Source: Lama glama (lineage: Eukaryota). From it: a stretch of 64,000 nucleotides of DNA. The stretch covers positions 66,776,001 through 66,840,000 of the forward strand of contig CM052817.1 of assembly GCA_028534125.1 (NCBI GenBank). The letters run 5' to 3'. Position 1 is the first letter of the stretch. Every line of letters starts with the position of its first letter. Below, piece by piece: positions 40,729-52,269 of the stretch. The position numbers and the translations under genes are program-made. The notes under the pieces are model-generated. The model saw only the letters and a list, made by a program, of their open reading frames with translations. It was not told the origin of the DNA and ran no database searches.

Positions 40729-41464
40729 CTAAAGAGTATCAAGAGTCCAAGAGGTGGACAAACTTTTGTCACAAAAGGACTTCTTTTTATTATACACATG
40801 GGGGCTGATAAGAGGATTGTAGGTTTACTTGTAAACTACCATTGTCAGCTTTTCACCCTAAATAGTCACTTAAACATATAGCATCTCTAATAAAAAATTA
40901 AACTTTTCAGTCACCCCCATTTTCAGACAGTATCTGGAATGACAAGATAAAAAATAACCCCAAAGAAAAGGTCTTCTAAGGTGATATTTAAGACATTTTC
41001 TTTATGATGATTTATTATGATGATATTATGATTTATATATATTTAAAACATGATATTTAAAATATTTAAAACTTAGAGGAAAAAATTCAAGTTTCCCGAA
41101 CTGTTTTTCAAGATAAGATAATGATTTCTTTAACAAAATGTTTAACAAAACATTGTCTCTTTATCCTCATTACTCAGAAAGAAAACCGAAAAGCCTGAAG
41201 GCTTCTATTAGAAGAATATTAGGTTGGGAAAGATGCTACATCTCCCTGAAAGATGCATCCAAATCCACAGCCTTATGAGCTAAGCATAATTATTAGTTGT
41301 GAATGAAATCTGATCTTTAAACATGGGTAGTTTTTACTTCTCACCTGTCCTTGCATTATTTTCTAAATTTATTTTATTTTATTTATTTTTCAATAAAAGG
41401 TTGGATCAGTGCACATTTGGCAGTACTAAATGGGAGATTAGTAAGTTGGCCTATTAGAGAGTTT

Positions 41465-41840
41465 AAAATTTTTTTATTCAGATATAGTGACAGAATAAAA
41501 CTCACATAAGTGTACAATTCAGTGAATTTTAAAAAAGATATAAAGCAATATATCCTAAGCATACGGTTCAATGAATTTAAAAAATATGTATATGATATGT
41601 AGTCACTAATCAAGATGTGAAAGATTCCTGGCACTTCAGAGACTTTCTCATGCCACTGTCAAATCAATAAGAATATCAACAAGGAAACCATTTTTCTGAC
41701 TTTTATCACCTTTGGTTAGTTTTGCCAATCCTTGAACTTCAAATAAATGAAATTGTACCATATGAACTCTTTTATGTCTGGTTTCTTTGACTAAACATGA
41801 CTTCTGTGGGATTTATTTATGTTATTACATGTAGTAATAC
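41465..41840 (-). mobile_element. Old L1M 3' end
   Basis: TTTTATTCAGATATA..GAACTTCAAATAAATGAAAT..ACTCTTTTATGTCTGG. Confidence 0.8.
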
Positions 41841-43049
41841 ATTGGGAGAAGGCAGAAATAAAGTTGGGTACTTGCTCCAAGAAAAAAAAATCACATTGAT
41901 AAAATCCACAGCTTTTTACTGTTTCTACAGAGAATGAAAGGGACCACACATACTTGGAGAAGATGACAAGGGATCAACACAGGATGTGATTAAACAGCTG
42001 CTGAACAGTTCTGATTGTTCTAAAAGCAGTGATGAAAATTAATAGCTTGTACATTGAGAAGTCCAGTAGGCATTTTCATTTCTAATGTTGATGAGATTTT
42101 TAATTGGAGTCTTGACTTCAGTACTTAAATTTCCTTTGTCTAGCGCTATAGAAAATGTATTTCTTTCCATAAAATTACCCCAGATATTAAGTTTAATTAT
42201 TTTTTGGTTGAGTTCTCACAAGAACTCCATATTTATTTTAAAACGGTGTGTTGTTACTTCAGTCAACACCTACTAAGTGTAATGTTTTTGAGCAACATAA
42301 TGATGACAAACCAGGCAACTTAATGGTCTCATAATTCAGACTTGAAGTAGCCCAGAGTGAACATTATATAATCCACATCCTCAAACTAAAAAAGACCATA
42401 AGTAAATTGTCAATTCTAGGTTTATTTTCTTTCTCTAGGTATATACCTCAGAAAATAATTGCAATTTTGACTTTCATAGGGGTTTTGATTGCTCTGTATC
42501 TATTGGAAAGCATTTTCAGCTTTTCACAGCTCCATTAGAGATAAAGGGGAGAATGCAGGACAGCAATTTGAGAACAATATGCATGACTGGATGGAGCTAG
42601 TGGCAAGATGTGCTAACACTTTACAGTATAAAAGGCTAGTATAAAAATATATAGTGTAGAGATCATTGAGTCTAACTCCCTTCTTTTGAAGCTCTTTGTA
42701 ATGCTTGTAATGGAACTGCAGAAACAAACTAGAAAAACTGAAAGAAAAAGAGAAAATGATCATTTTAAATTCTTTTTTCTTTGTCATTAATCAAAATATC
42801 AGGGCATATAAAACCAAAAATATTTTTTGAGCACTTCTGAGTTTTCAACTGTTATTTCTGTTAATTAATGATGATGATTAGAATGTATTGAATAACCATT
42901 AATTGTCAGACACTGTTTTAAGTACTCTATGTAGATTTTCTCATTTGAAATTTCTGTTGTTAGCAGAAGCTTCCATAGACATTCCTGTAAGAATAATACT
43001 GTTATGATCAAACAGACAACATCTGAGTTGCCCCACAAAATTTTGAGTA

Positions 43050-44630
43050 ATCATTTATTTTTTCAACAAATATTTATTGAGTGTTAGCTATATAGGACAT
43101 CCTGTTTAAATTCTAGGTAGATAGGAAAAAGTAAACTTCTGTCCTTATGTACCATATATTCTAGAAAGTGAGTCAGGAAATAAATAAGTATATAACATGA
43201 TAGGTAGCAATAAAAGCTGTAAAAGAAAGTAAAATAGAGTGGTGGCATAGTGAGTGTTGGGGTTGCTGTTTCAGGTAAGTTCATGAAGAAGTTTTTTTTT
43301 TTTTCTGCGAGGTGCCTTTTGAGTAGAGGTGTAGATGAAGCAGAGGAATGAATATTTAGGGTGAAAGGTTCAGAGGAGAAGGCACAGCAAGTCCAAAGAC
43401 TCTGAGATTGGAATGTACAAGGAGGCCAGGATGGCTGGAGGGGAGTGGCCAGGGAGAAAGTGGTAGGAAGTGAAGTCAGAGAGGCAATCAGGGGTCAGCT
43501 GATCAAAGGCTTTGTGGGTCAGGATCACATAGACACATGCACCTTCAACTGCCTTTCCCCTCTTTTGTTTCTTTGTAATTGTTTGGGAAAATCACATTCT
43601 AGTTAAATATAAATCTCAATTTGCTTCAAACCTGAACTGCTTCTGCTGAAACTTGGAGAAAAACAAAAAATATTATTCTAACTGATCTCGCTTTAAATCC
43701 ATGGTCACCAGCCTCAGGTAAATGGGATCAAGAATTCTGACATGCACTTGTGAAGTATGAGGTGTTTATTACAAATTTAGGGGGAGGTGTAGAGTTGGAT
43801 AAAAAGTAAGGAGTGTGGGGTGGGACATGTGGGTTGGTGGTAAAAATTTGGCAGTCATGTCTGTGCAAATGGCATGTGCGTGAATAACATGGCTAGAAAG
43901 TAGTCTAAAGACCAGTCCTCAGACCAAAATTTAGTCTAAACAGAAGATGCAGCCAAAGAGGCTAACAGAGTGATAAGCAAATCAGCGGTTTGTGATGACC
44001 TAGAAGTCAAGTGAAGACAGTGTTTCAAGTAGAATGAAGTGATCAATCATGTCAAATAGTGCCAAGAGTTGAGTAAGAAGGGATTGATCATTAGATTTGG
44101 CAATGTGGATGGCTCTGAAGGGGAATGTGTAATTGGGACAAGTTCGGGAGGGTGTGGGAAGTGGAGAGGTGGAGTGTGCAGGTTTGGACAACCCTTTCAA
44201 GGAATGTTGTTATAAAGGGGGTCAAAAGTAGAATTATAGTTAGAACAACATAAGGAATCTAGGGAGGGATGTTTGTTAAATGCGAAATATTATAGCATGT
44301 ACATATGATGATTGTAGTAAGCCAATAAACTACGGGAAAAAAGTGATGATGAGAGAGAGGATATAACTTGAGAAACAAATTCTTTGAGTAGGCGAGAGGA
44401 GGTGTGATCCTGTGCTCAAGTGGAGAAGTTGGCCTTAGAATCCCTGAGAGTTTGCCTTTGTAATTGGAGAGAAAGTAGAATAAAAATGAATACAGATGAG
44501 GGTGGGTTGATAGATGAGGTAATGGACATTTGTGGAAGTTCTCGTCTGATTGCTTCTTTTCTCTGTTACAAAGAGGTAACTCTTGAAATGTCATGAAGGA
44601 GGAGAGGTTTGGAGGTGGAAGGCATAGCAT
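43050..44630 (-). mobile_element. Long degenerate L2 LINE (fragmented)
   Basis: TTCAACAAATATTTATTGAGTG tail; GAAGTCAAGTGAAGACAGTGTTTCAAG, GATCATTAGATTTGGCAATGTGG. Confidence 0.8.
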
Positions 44631-45950
44631 GATCAAAGGCCCGGGTCATTGAGCTATGTATGCTCAAGTAATTAGAAAATATTAGGTATGGCGAGAGCAA
44701 GATGATCATATGGCTGTGTCAGAAGATGAGGCTGGTATTCTTTGGTCTCCCAATAAAATGAGCAACACACAAAAGAAAAGTAATACTTAATACTATTTAA
44801 TGACATAGTATTAGTTTTTATCATTCAAAGAATTAATGATTACAACAAAGATAGTCTCAACTCCAAACCATTGACCATCAGCTGGGCACTGTGAAAAGAA
44901 ATCTGATGTTATAGATAGAATATACCAACATTCATTAAATATGCACTCTTATTTTTAGTATTAGTGAATGTGTGCCTATATGAAAGAAGATGCTAAGAGA
45001 TGATTCATAATGTCTTAGGTCCTGGGTGTGGTGATGTCTCTAAAAGTAAGTGCTGCACTTCTGAAAGATTTCTTCCTCTTCTTTTTTTTTTTAGTTTAGA
45101 GTAGTAAGATCTGAGGCATAAAAGGGCTCTGGAAATATGGTAATACTTCTGAAGAGACTTAGCTCTACATAGCAGAAACCACAACATGGCTGAGGACGTA
45201 AACGGGGAGGGACCCTGTCACCAGCACACCATTGCTATCATCTTTAGTGTAAAATTCCACCAAAGGAGGATAAACAGCATCACTAGATTCAACACGAGGA
45301 GAGTGGGATTTAAGGAGCTTCTCTGAATTTGACCTCCTAAATTCTGAAAAGCATGCCCCTAGGAAAAAGACAAAAGAAGTTTGGGAGTAGGACGTTCCTG
45401 GCTACAAAACTACAAAACAGAAATATAATTGTGAACCTTTCCAGGCAGCTCACTCTTTCCTGGGCCAGTTCCACCTTTGTGGAAATAGCCAAACAGATGG
45501 CCAGATGGAGCAGGCCCTGTTCAAAGCAGAAAGATGAAAAATAAACAGGAGAGAACCCACATAGGATCTATAAAAACAAAAGGGGAAGTAAAATGAAGAA
45601 ACGTACATAAGCAGAAGGCATATTGAAATTTAAAGGTGATGGTTTTATTGTTTAGTGATATGTTGTAGTCAGGCCTCGTTAACAGTGCTCGGGGGTGTAT
45701 GCTGAGAGGGGGCTTTAGAGCAGGGACATTTTTTTGCTAATTGTTCTCAGGTATTAACTAATTGTCCATTTTTTATGTATTAAAAAGACAAGTCCTATCT
45801 AAATCTCTTCATTTCAAACCCTGCTGTGTCCCCAAATCAGCTCAGGCCAGACCTTGTAGTCTGCAAGGGAAAGGGGTATGATCTGTCCTTCCGCCCTCTT
45901 CTACCTGTTCTTCCATTCCCTCCTCACCCCACTCCGCCTTTCACCTCCAG

Positions 45951-45982
45951 CGTCAGGCTGGGGAGCGGCCCAGGAGGAAATG
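45951..45982 (+). other. Candidate 32-nt exon (or end of an alternative first exon) terminating in ATG
   Basis: About 60-nt pyrimidine tract ending CTCCAG; donor ATG|GTACGT; lies in a locally GC/CpG-richer non-repeat segment. Confidence 0.4.
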
Positions 45983-48104
45983 GTACGTTGTTATTTGGCT
46001 GTAGGCCCTCTGCCGGCCAGCTGCATGGAAGTGCGCTTCCCTCTGTGGGGCCGTTTTGTGGGTCCTGGAGAGCTGCCCCTGCCCTGCTTGGACCTGTGGT
46101 CCTCTGGTTTCTGCTGCACTGACCTCCACCAGCTTCTCATGGCTTTTGTCCAATAGCTGTGGAGGTGGCATGTGCCGTGCTGCTTCTTTCTGCAGGTTAT
46201 CCACAGCAGGTTACAGTAACCACAGCAGGTTATTATCCTGAGAGGGTGTCCTTGATCAAGCCTGGTTATATTCCAGAGCATCTGTTTTGGTCTGTAGAAA
46301 TTATGCATTTTTATGCTTCTCTACCAAGCTCTGGAAGTTCAAGCCTCTCCCCTGTGTAAGGAGAGGATATTATTAGGCCTGGGACCTTGAAAGTTGCAAT
46401 ATAATAAAGTGATTATGTCTGTTATACTTAATAATTATATCTTTGTTATGATTCAAGAAATATTTTCTCTTCATTTGTGAGATGTACGATTAGCCCACTC
46501 AAAGCATCCACTACAGAAAGTAAATAACTTCAAATGAGGGCAATACTGTGGAACAAAACCCTTCTTTCACACACATGGAAGAAGAGAATGCAATTTAGGA
46601 ACAGACATGGAAGCTTGCAATTCTTATTAAAACTCAGTTTCAATATGTACTAAATTGCAGAGCAGAGGATATCAAAAGCCGAGTAGGAAAACATTTTCTG
46701 TCAGTGTACTTAGCTAAACTTAAGGAGAAAGAATCTTTTATTGGTCAACAATGGAAGAAAGCAATCTTGATCTATAGGAGTGCATATTGGGCCACATATA
46801 TTAATTATCAAGCCAACAAATGTGTAGATAAGTGGCAGTCTCAGTTATGGTCCACTTAGGAACAATTAATGATAAACAGAGAGAATTAACTAAACTACAT
46901 ATTTCTATAATTACATGGTAGGATTAATTCTCTGTTGTATCTTTGGAGATATGTGCTTGCAGCAGGCTTTGTATATTTTGGAAGTCAATTGGAGGGTGCC
47001 AGAGAGACATCACCAGAATATTTCAAACTCCCAGATCCTCTGATGCCTAGAATTTCACTATTGTGTAGTTGCATTTTCTGGATTGAAGGCTTGCTGTCTC
47101 TAGCGAGAGGCAGTGGAATTCTTTAAAAATAAACATATTAAATCACAATATCTTTAGCTGGATTTTAGCATATTGCTGACTTCTTTCATGAGGACTACAG
47201 ATAGTAAAAGACTATGATAAATTCACAAGGGAAGGACCTCTGCAAAGGGAAAAGATATAAAAAGGAAAGCTGTAATTTACTCACAACTTTGCCTTCTTTC
47301 TTACAAGTCAGGGGACAGTGCCCTGCTTTCCTAGCCATCAGATTTTGTCATCACTCAAGACTCAGAGCCACGAGTAAAACTCCAGGGTGTGTAGAATTTA
47401 ACAGTCTTCATATTCTTTCCTAAAACCAGAAAAGTACTGGGGTGTGGTGCATTGTACTGGACTGGAAAGTATATTCAAATATAGGCTGACAGAGAATATG
47501 AATAGAGGCAGAGAATTTATAACATGACATTTATTTTTCCAACTATTTAAAATATGAGTGCATATAGGCAAGGACAAGATCATTATGAGAAAAAGAAAGG
47601 TATTAAGATAGAGGTAATAATTTTACTTTTTGGAAACTGTTTAATTTTAATTTTTTTAACAAGAAAACGAGAAAAATATCTGGGGATGATGCATAAGGAA
47701 AACTGAAATTCTCAACAGGCTCAGTTTACAGAGCAAAAAAAAAATCACTATATTAAATTCACTTGTATAAAGGAAAGGGCAGGACAACTAAATATTTCCC
47801 AATAAAATTTGATTCCGGTTTTTTTTTTTGAACTGTAAGAGCATAGATAGGAAAAATCAAAAAGGCTGTTTCAGCATGGGTTATGATTTCTTATAGAAGT
47901 GCTTAGAAAAATAAATATTTTGAGATATCTGCTCCTGGAGTTCAGTTTTATTTTGTAGTTTTGTTCCAACTCAGATATTAAAGTACAAAATAATTTAAAT
48001 TCTGATTTCCAATATATGAGTTGCTATGGTAACATGTAAGAAAGCATCTTAAAAACAGTCTGCATAGGAGAAGTGGATTCAAATCTTCTTCTAAAACATG
48101 TAAG

Positions 48105-48695
48105 CATTTCCTCCAACAATGAATGAGAGTCCTCTTGCTCTGCATCTTCACCTGCGATTGTATTGTCAGTTTGGGGATCATAGTCATTTTAATAGATGTG
48201 TGTGTAGTTGTATCTCGTTTTCATTTGCAGTTTCCACTTAGAAATGATAGTGAGCATCTTTTCATGTATTTGTTGTATGTATATCTTCTTTGGTGAGCTG
48301 TCTGCTCAGATCTTTTTCCTATTTTTAGATTCAGTTGTTTTTGTATTGAGTTTTAAGATTTTTTTGTGTGTGTATTTTGAATACAAGAGTCTTTTTTTTT
48401 TGTAATTTTGGATGTAAGTTCTTTATCAGATATGTGTTCTGCAAGTATTTTCTCCCAGGTTTTGACTTGTCTTCCCATTCTCTTTACAGAGCCCTTTGCA
48501 GAGTAGACTTTTATACTTGATAAAGCCTAATGTCAATTTTTTCTTTCATGGATCATGTTTTTGGTGTATGTAAAACTCATTACCAAACTCTGGGTCATGT
48601 AGATTTTCTCCTGTGCTTTCTTCTAGAAGTTTTATCATTGTGCATTTAACATTTAGACCTAAGATAGATTTGGGGTTAATTTTTGTGTACAGTGT
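48105..48695 (-). mobile_element. Old L1M ORF2 fragment
   Basis: GAGCATCTTTTCATGT..CTTTATCAGATATGTG..TTTTCTCCCAG..TTCTTCTAGAAGTTTTAT. Confidence 0.88.
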
Positions 48696-50254
48696 AGACT
48701 TGTAAGTTTTTGACTTGAGCAACTAGGTGCATAATGGTAACAGTTACTAAGATGAAGAAGACCGAGAGAAAATCAGTTTGGAGGTTGGAGGTTAGAATCA
48801 AGAAGTTCAGGTATGGACACATTATATGATCCTAATTGACAAATATATGGCTATGTCAAGTAGGAAGATGAATAGAGAAGAGTCTAATTCTAGATTTCCA
48901 CATTCTAGTAATATCAGAAAGTTCAAGAATCTGATTTAGATCTACCTAGCACCTTGAACTCGGTTCTTTCTCACCTCTTCTCTTTCCTAATGTATATTGA
49001 AACAAGGTTCCAACTTTCTATTTTCACAAATTTTGTTACTTATATAAAGTATGCACAAGTTAGTGTCTCTTCCATCTGACTCCTATTTTGGTGCTTAGGA
49101 TGTGATAGAGAATCACTGACTGGTTGGTGAAATTTGACCTTGATGAAACTTGAACTATGGGATAAAATCAAAGCTTCCAGATACTGAACATGTTTAACCC
49201 AGAGGCATAAATCATAAATGGTTTTGCTGTTCCATCTCCTGGTGAGGAAACAAAAGTGGAAGGATACCCAGTCAAACTGGCCAGGTGCTTTTGGATCAAA
49301 ATTCTTTCAGCTCATGAGATTTGCTCTGAGCAATAAAGCATGTGTAAAGCATATGATAAGCACTCACTCAATAGTTGGTTCGCTCTTCTTCCCCACACAT
49401 GCAACAAAGTGTACTCAACATCTGAAGAGCAGTTGCTCAAGTGGAAAAGAATGGCATAATAGATTTCAGGTCAATCTCATTAGTACAGTGCAAAATATGA
49501 GAAGTGCTAAAAGCTTAGCTGCAAAGATACAATGAAAGAAGTTTGCTGTTGGCAGCAACTGAATATATGAGGAGGATATTTTGGTACAATCATGGGATTC
49601 CTGCAGGTCAGTTATGAGTTCGAAGTAAAGGATAATTTGTGTTGCCATTTATATATTAAAGTACAGGGGTACTATTATTTAATTAATAAAATTGTAACAG
49701 ATATTTGTATAGTTGTACCAATGATCTGATTTGTCACAGCTTCTATTTTTGAGGGGTCACTAGAACAACACAGGTTCTTTAACTACAACTTAGGTTGCTC
49801 CAGAGATACCCACTAGTAGAAGTAGTTTGAGAATGAAAAGATAAACTTCTATTTACCACATCAGTGAAAGAGCATTTTACAGTAAGAGCTCATCTCATGT
49901 ATCCCTGGGGCCTCAATTTTCTTTTATATCTACCATACTCAAAATTTTATTTCCAGCTGAAGTCTCTTTTCTGAGCTCCATACCTGTATAGCTATGTACC
50001 CACTAAACTTTTCCACTTGAATTATTCACAGCCATCTTAAACTTAATCTGTATAAAATGGAGCTCGTGTTCTTGCTGTTTAAATTGCACTTCAGTGTTCC
50101 CTATCTCGGCAAATTGCATGACCATTTCCATTCAGTTGCTCCAACTAGAAGTTTATGATGTAGCACCAGTTTTCCTCTCTGCTTTACATCTATCTACTGC
50201 TTCCAGTTCTTATTATGACCAACAATGCTTTGCATAAAATATCCCTTTCTCACT

Positions 50255-50665
50255 TTTTCAGTTAAAGTAGACTAAACTACTGCAACAAATAGATCTCCAA
50301 AAGTCAGGGTTCAAACAGTGGGAATTTATTTCTTGCTCTTATAGCAGTACAGTATCCATATTCCAGGTGAGCAGGTGTACTGCTCCACACTGGGTCCCAG
50401 GCTGATAAACTCAGCAGTCTCCAACACTTGACTTTGAAAGTTGTTCTGGACATTGCTTTGCATTGATGACTCCTGAAAGAGGAATACAGAGCATGAAGAA
50501 GCACGCATGGGGTGTTTTATGGGGAAGGCGTGGAAGCGGAACACCAATGGATAACACAGTTCATTCCTATGGAGGCCAGGAAATGTAGTGCAGCTGGGCA
50601 TTCATATATCCAGTAACTATGGAGACAAAGTGAGGAAGATCTTTGGTGAGTCACTAGCAGTCTCA
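50255..50665 (-). mobile_element. MLT1I/J-like MaLR LTR inserted in L2 sequence
   Basis: AATTTATTTCTTGCTC..GGAGGCCAGGAAATGTAGT..TGGTGAGTCACTAGCAGTCTC; L2 motifs on both sides (about 49900-50200 and 50700-51030). Confidence 0.7.
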
Positions 50666-51431
50666 TCTCCATTTTGTTCTCTCCTTCTTCATTCTCTGTG
50701 ATCCAGAGATGTTGAGTTTTAGTTCCTTGATTGTTCCTTCTTTCCCTGAGGGTTTTGCACATGCTATTCTTTCTGCTTCATATGCCTTTCATCCCTTCTT
50801 TACAAGCTAAAATTATTATACTGAATTAGGAATATTTTATGTTCCTGCTGAAAGTTGTTGTCTCCTTTGTAGCACTAGGAGAACTTACAATAATCCCTTC
50901 AATGGCTGTCTGCCGTGCTAGAGTGTAGGATACAGGAGTGAGGGAACTCTCAGTATTGTTCTCCACTGAATCCCCAGTATCTGGTGCATAGCAGATGCTT
51001 AGTAATACTTCTTGAATGAATATATGGAGATGAATAGATGGTTGGGTCAGTGGAAACATAGATATATTAAGGGATGGATGGGAAATAAGCTGACACAACT
51101 GCACTGTAACACTGTTGGTTTTTCTCTATGAATATTTTCTGCAAAAGTAGTGTAGGTGGTTGCAGAAAGAAAAATTGAGAAGATTGGTACAATTTGGGAT
51201 AGTTAAAAAAGAAAAATGATAAAGGAAGGTTAATGAGTAAAAGAAAAAAGTTGTCCAACAATGTTGAGTATTTAATTAAACCACAACTCTGTAGTGCTAA
51301 CTAACCATTATGATTTTCTCTAGCCTCAGTCATATAGTGTCAGAGAAAATGCGTTTTGAAGATGATAATGGTTAATAATGGCTACAATATATTGACTCAG
51401 TTATGATCTTAGTACTTTACATGTAATATTT

Positions 51432-51607
51432 TGCTAGAAACAAAAAATAAACATTTGATTAAAGGGTTAAAAAAAAAACTACTTACTTACTTACTACTTA
51501 CTTACGTAATGTTATATAGGGCACTAGACAGGCAAGAATACAGAGGAAGATGGGATGTACTTTTTTTTTTAACCCTTTAATCAAATGTTTATTTTTTGTT
51601 TCTAGCA
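51432..51607. repeat. Perfect 47-bp inverted repeat with 82-bp spacer
   Basis: 51432-51478 is the exact reverse complement of 51561-51607 (checked base by base). Confidence 0.97.
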
Positions 51608-51769
51608 TTACAATTTGCTACAATTCATAAACTTCAACCTAAGTAAGTTTTTAGACACTGACCTAGGTCCTTAAGCACTCACTTACCCAGCAGAAATCAT
51701 TCATTCACCCAGCCACCACTCTTGCGTGGACAATGCTCACTGGTACCTGAACAATTTAAAGTGCACATG

Positions 51770-52269
51770 NNNNNNNNNNNNNNNNNNNNNNNNNNNNNNN
51801 NNNNNNNNNNNNNNNNNNNNNNNNNNNNNNNNNNNNNNNNNNNNNNNNNNNNNNNNNNNNNNNNNNNNNNNNNNNNNNNNNNNNNNNNNNNNNNNNNNNN
51901 NNNNNNNNNNNNNNNNNNNNNNNNNNNNNNNNNNNNNNNNNNNNNNNNNNNNNNNNNNNNNNNNNNNNNNNNNNNNNNNNNNNNNNNNNNNNNNNNNNNN
52001 NNNNNNNNNNNNNNNNNNNNNNNNNNNNNNNNNNNNNNNNNNNNNNNNNNNNNNNNNNNNNNNNNNNNNNNNNNNNNNNNNNNNNNNNNNNNNNNNNNNN
52101 NNNNNNNNNNNNNNNNNNNNNNNNNNNNNNNNNNNNNNNNNNNNNNNNNNNNNNNNNNNNNNNNNNNNNNNNNNNNNNNNNNNNNNNNNNNNNNNNNNNN
52201 NNNNNNNNNNNNNNNNNNNNNNNNNNNNNNNNNNNNNNNNNNNNNNNNNNNNNNNNNNNNNNNNNNNNN
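51770..52269. other. Assembly gap (500 N)
   Basis: Run of N. Confidence 1.

Noticed and set aside
41931..42042. Good plus-strand acceptor TTTCTACAG followed by purine-rich sequence
   Set aside because: All frames reach stops and there is no clear donor.
45953..46308. Overlapping 83-105-aa ORFs in the GC-rich island
   Set aside because: ORFs in several frames on both strands reflect low stop-codon density; none is recognisable.
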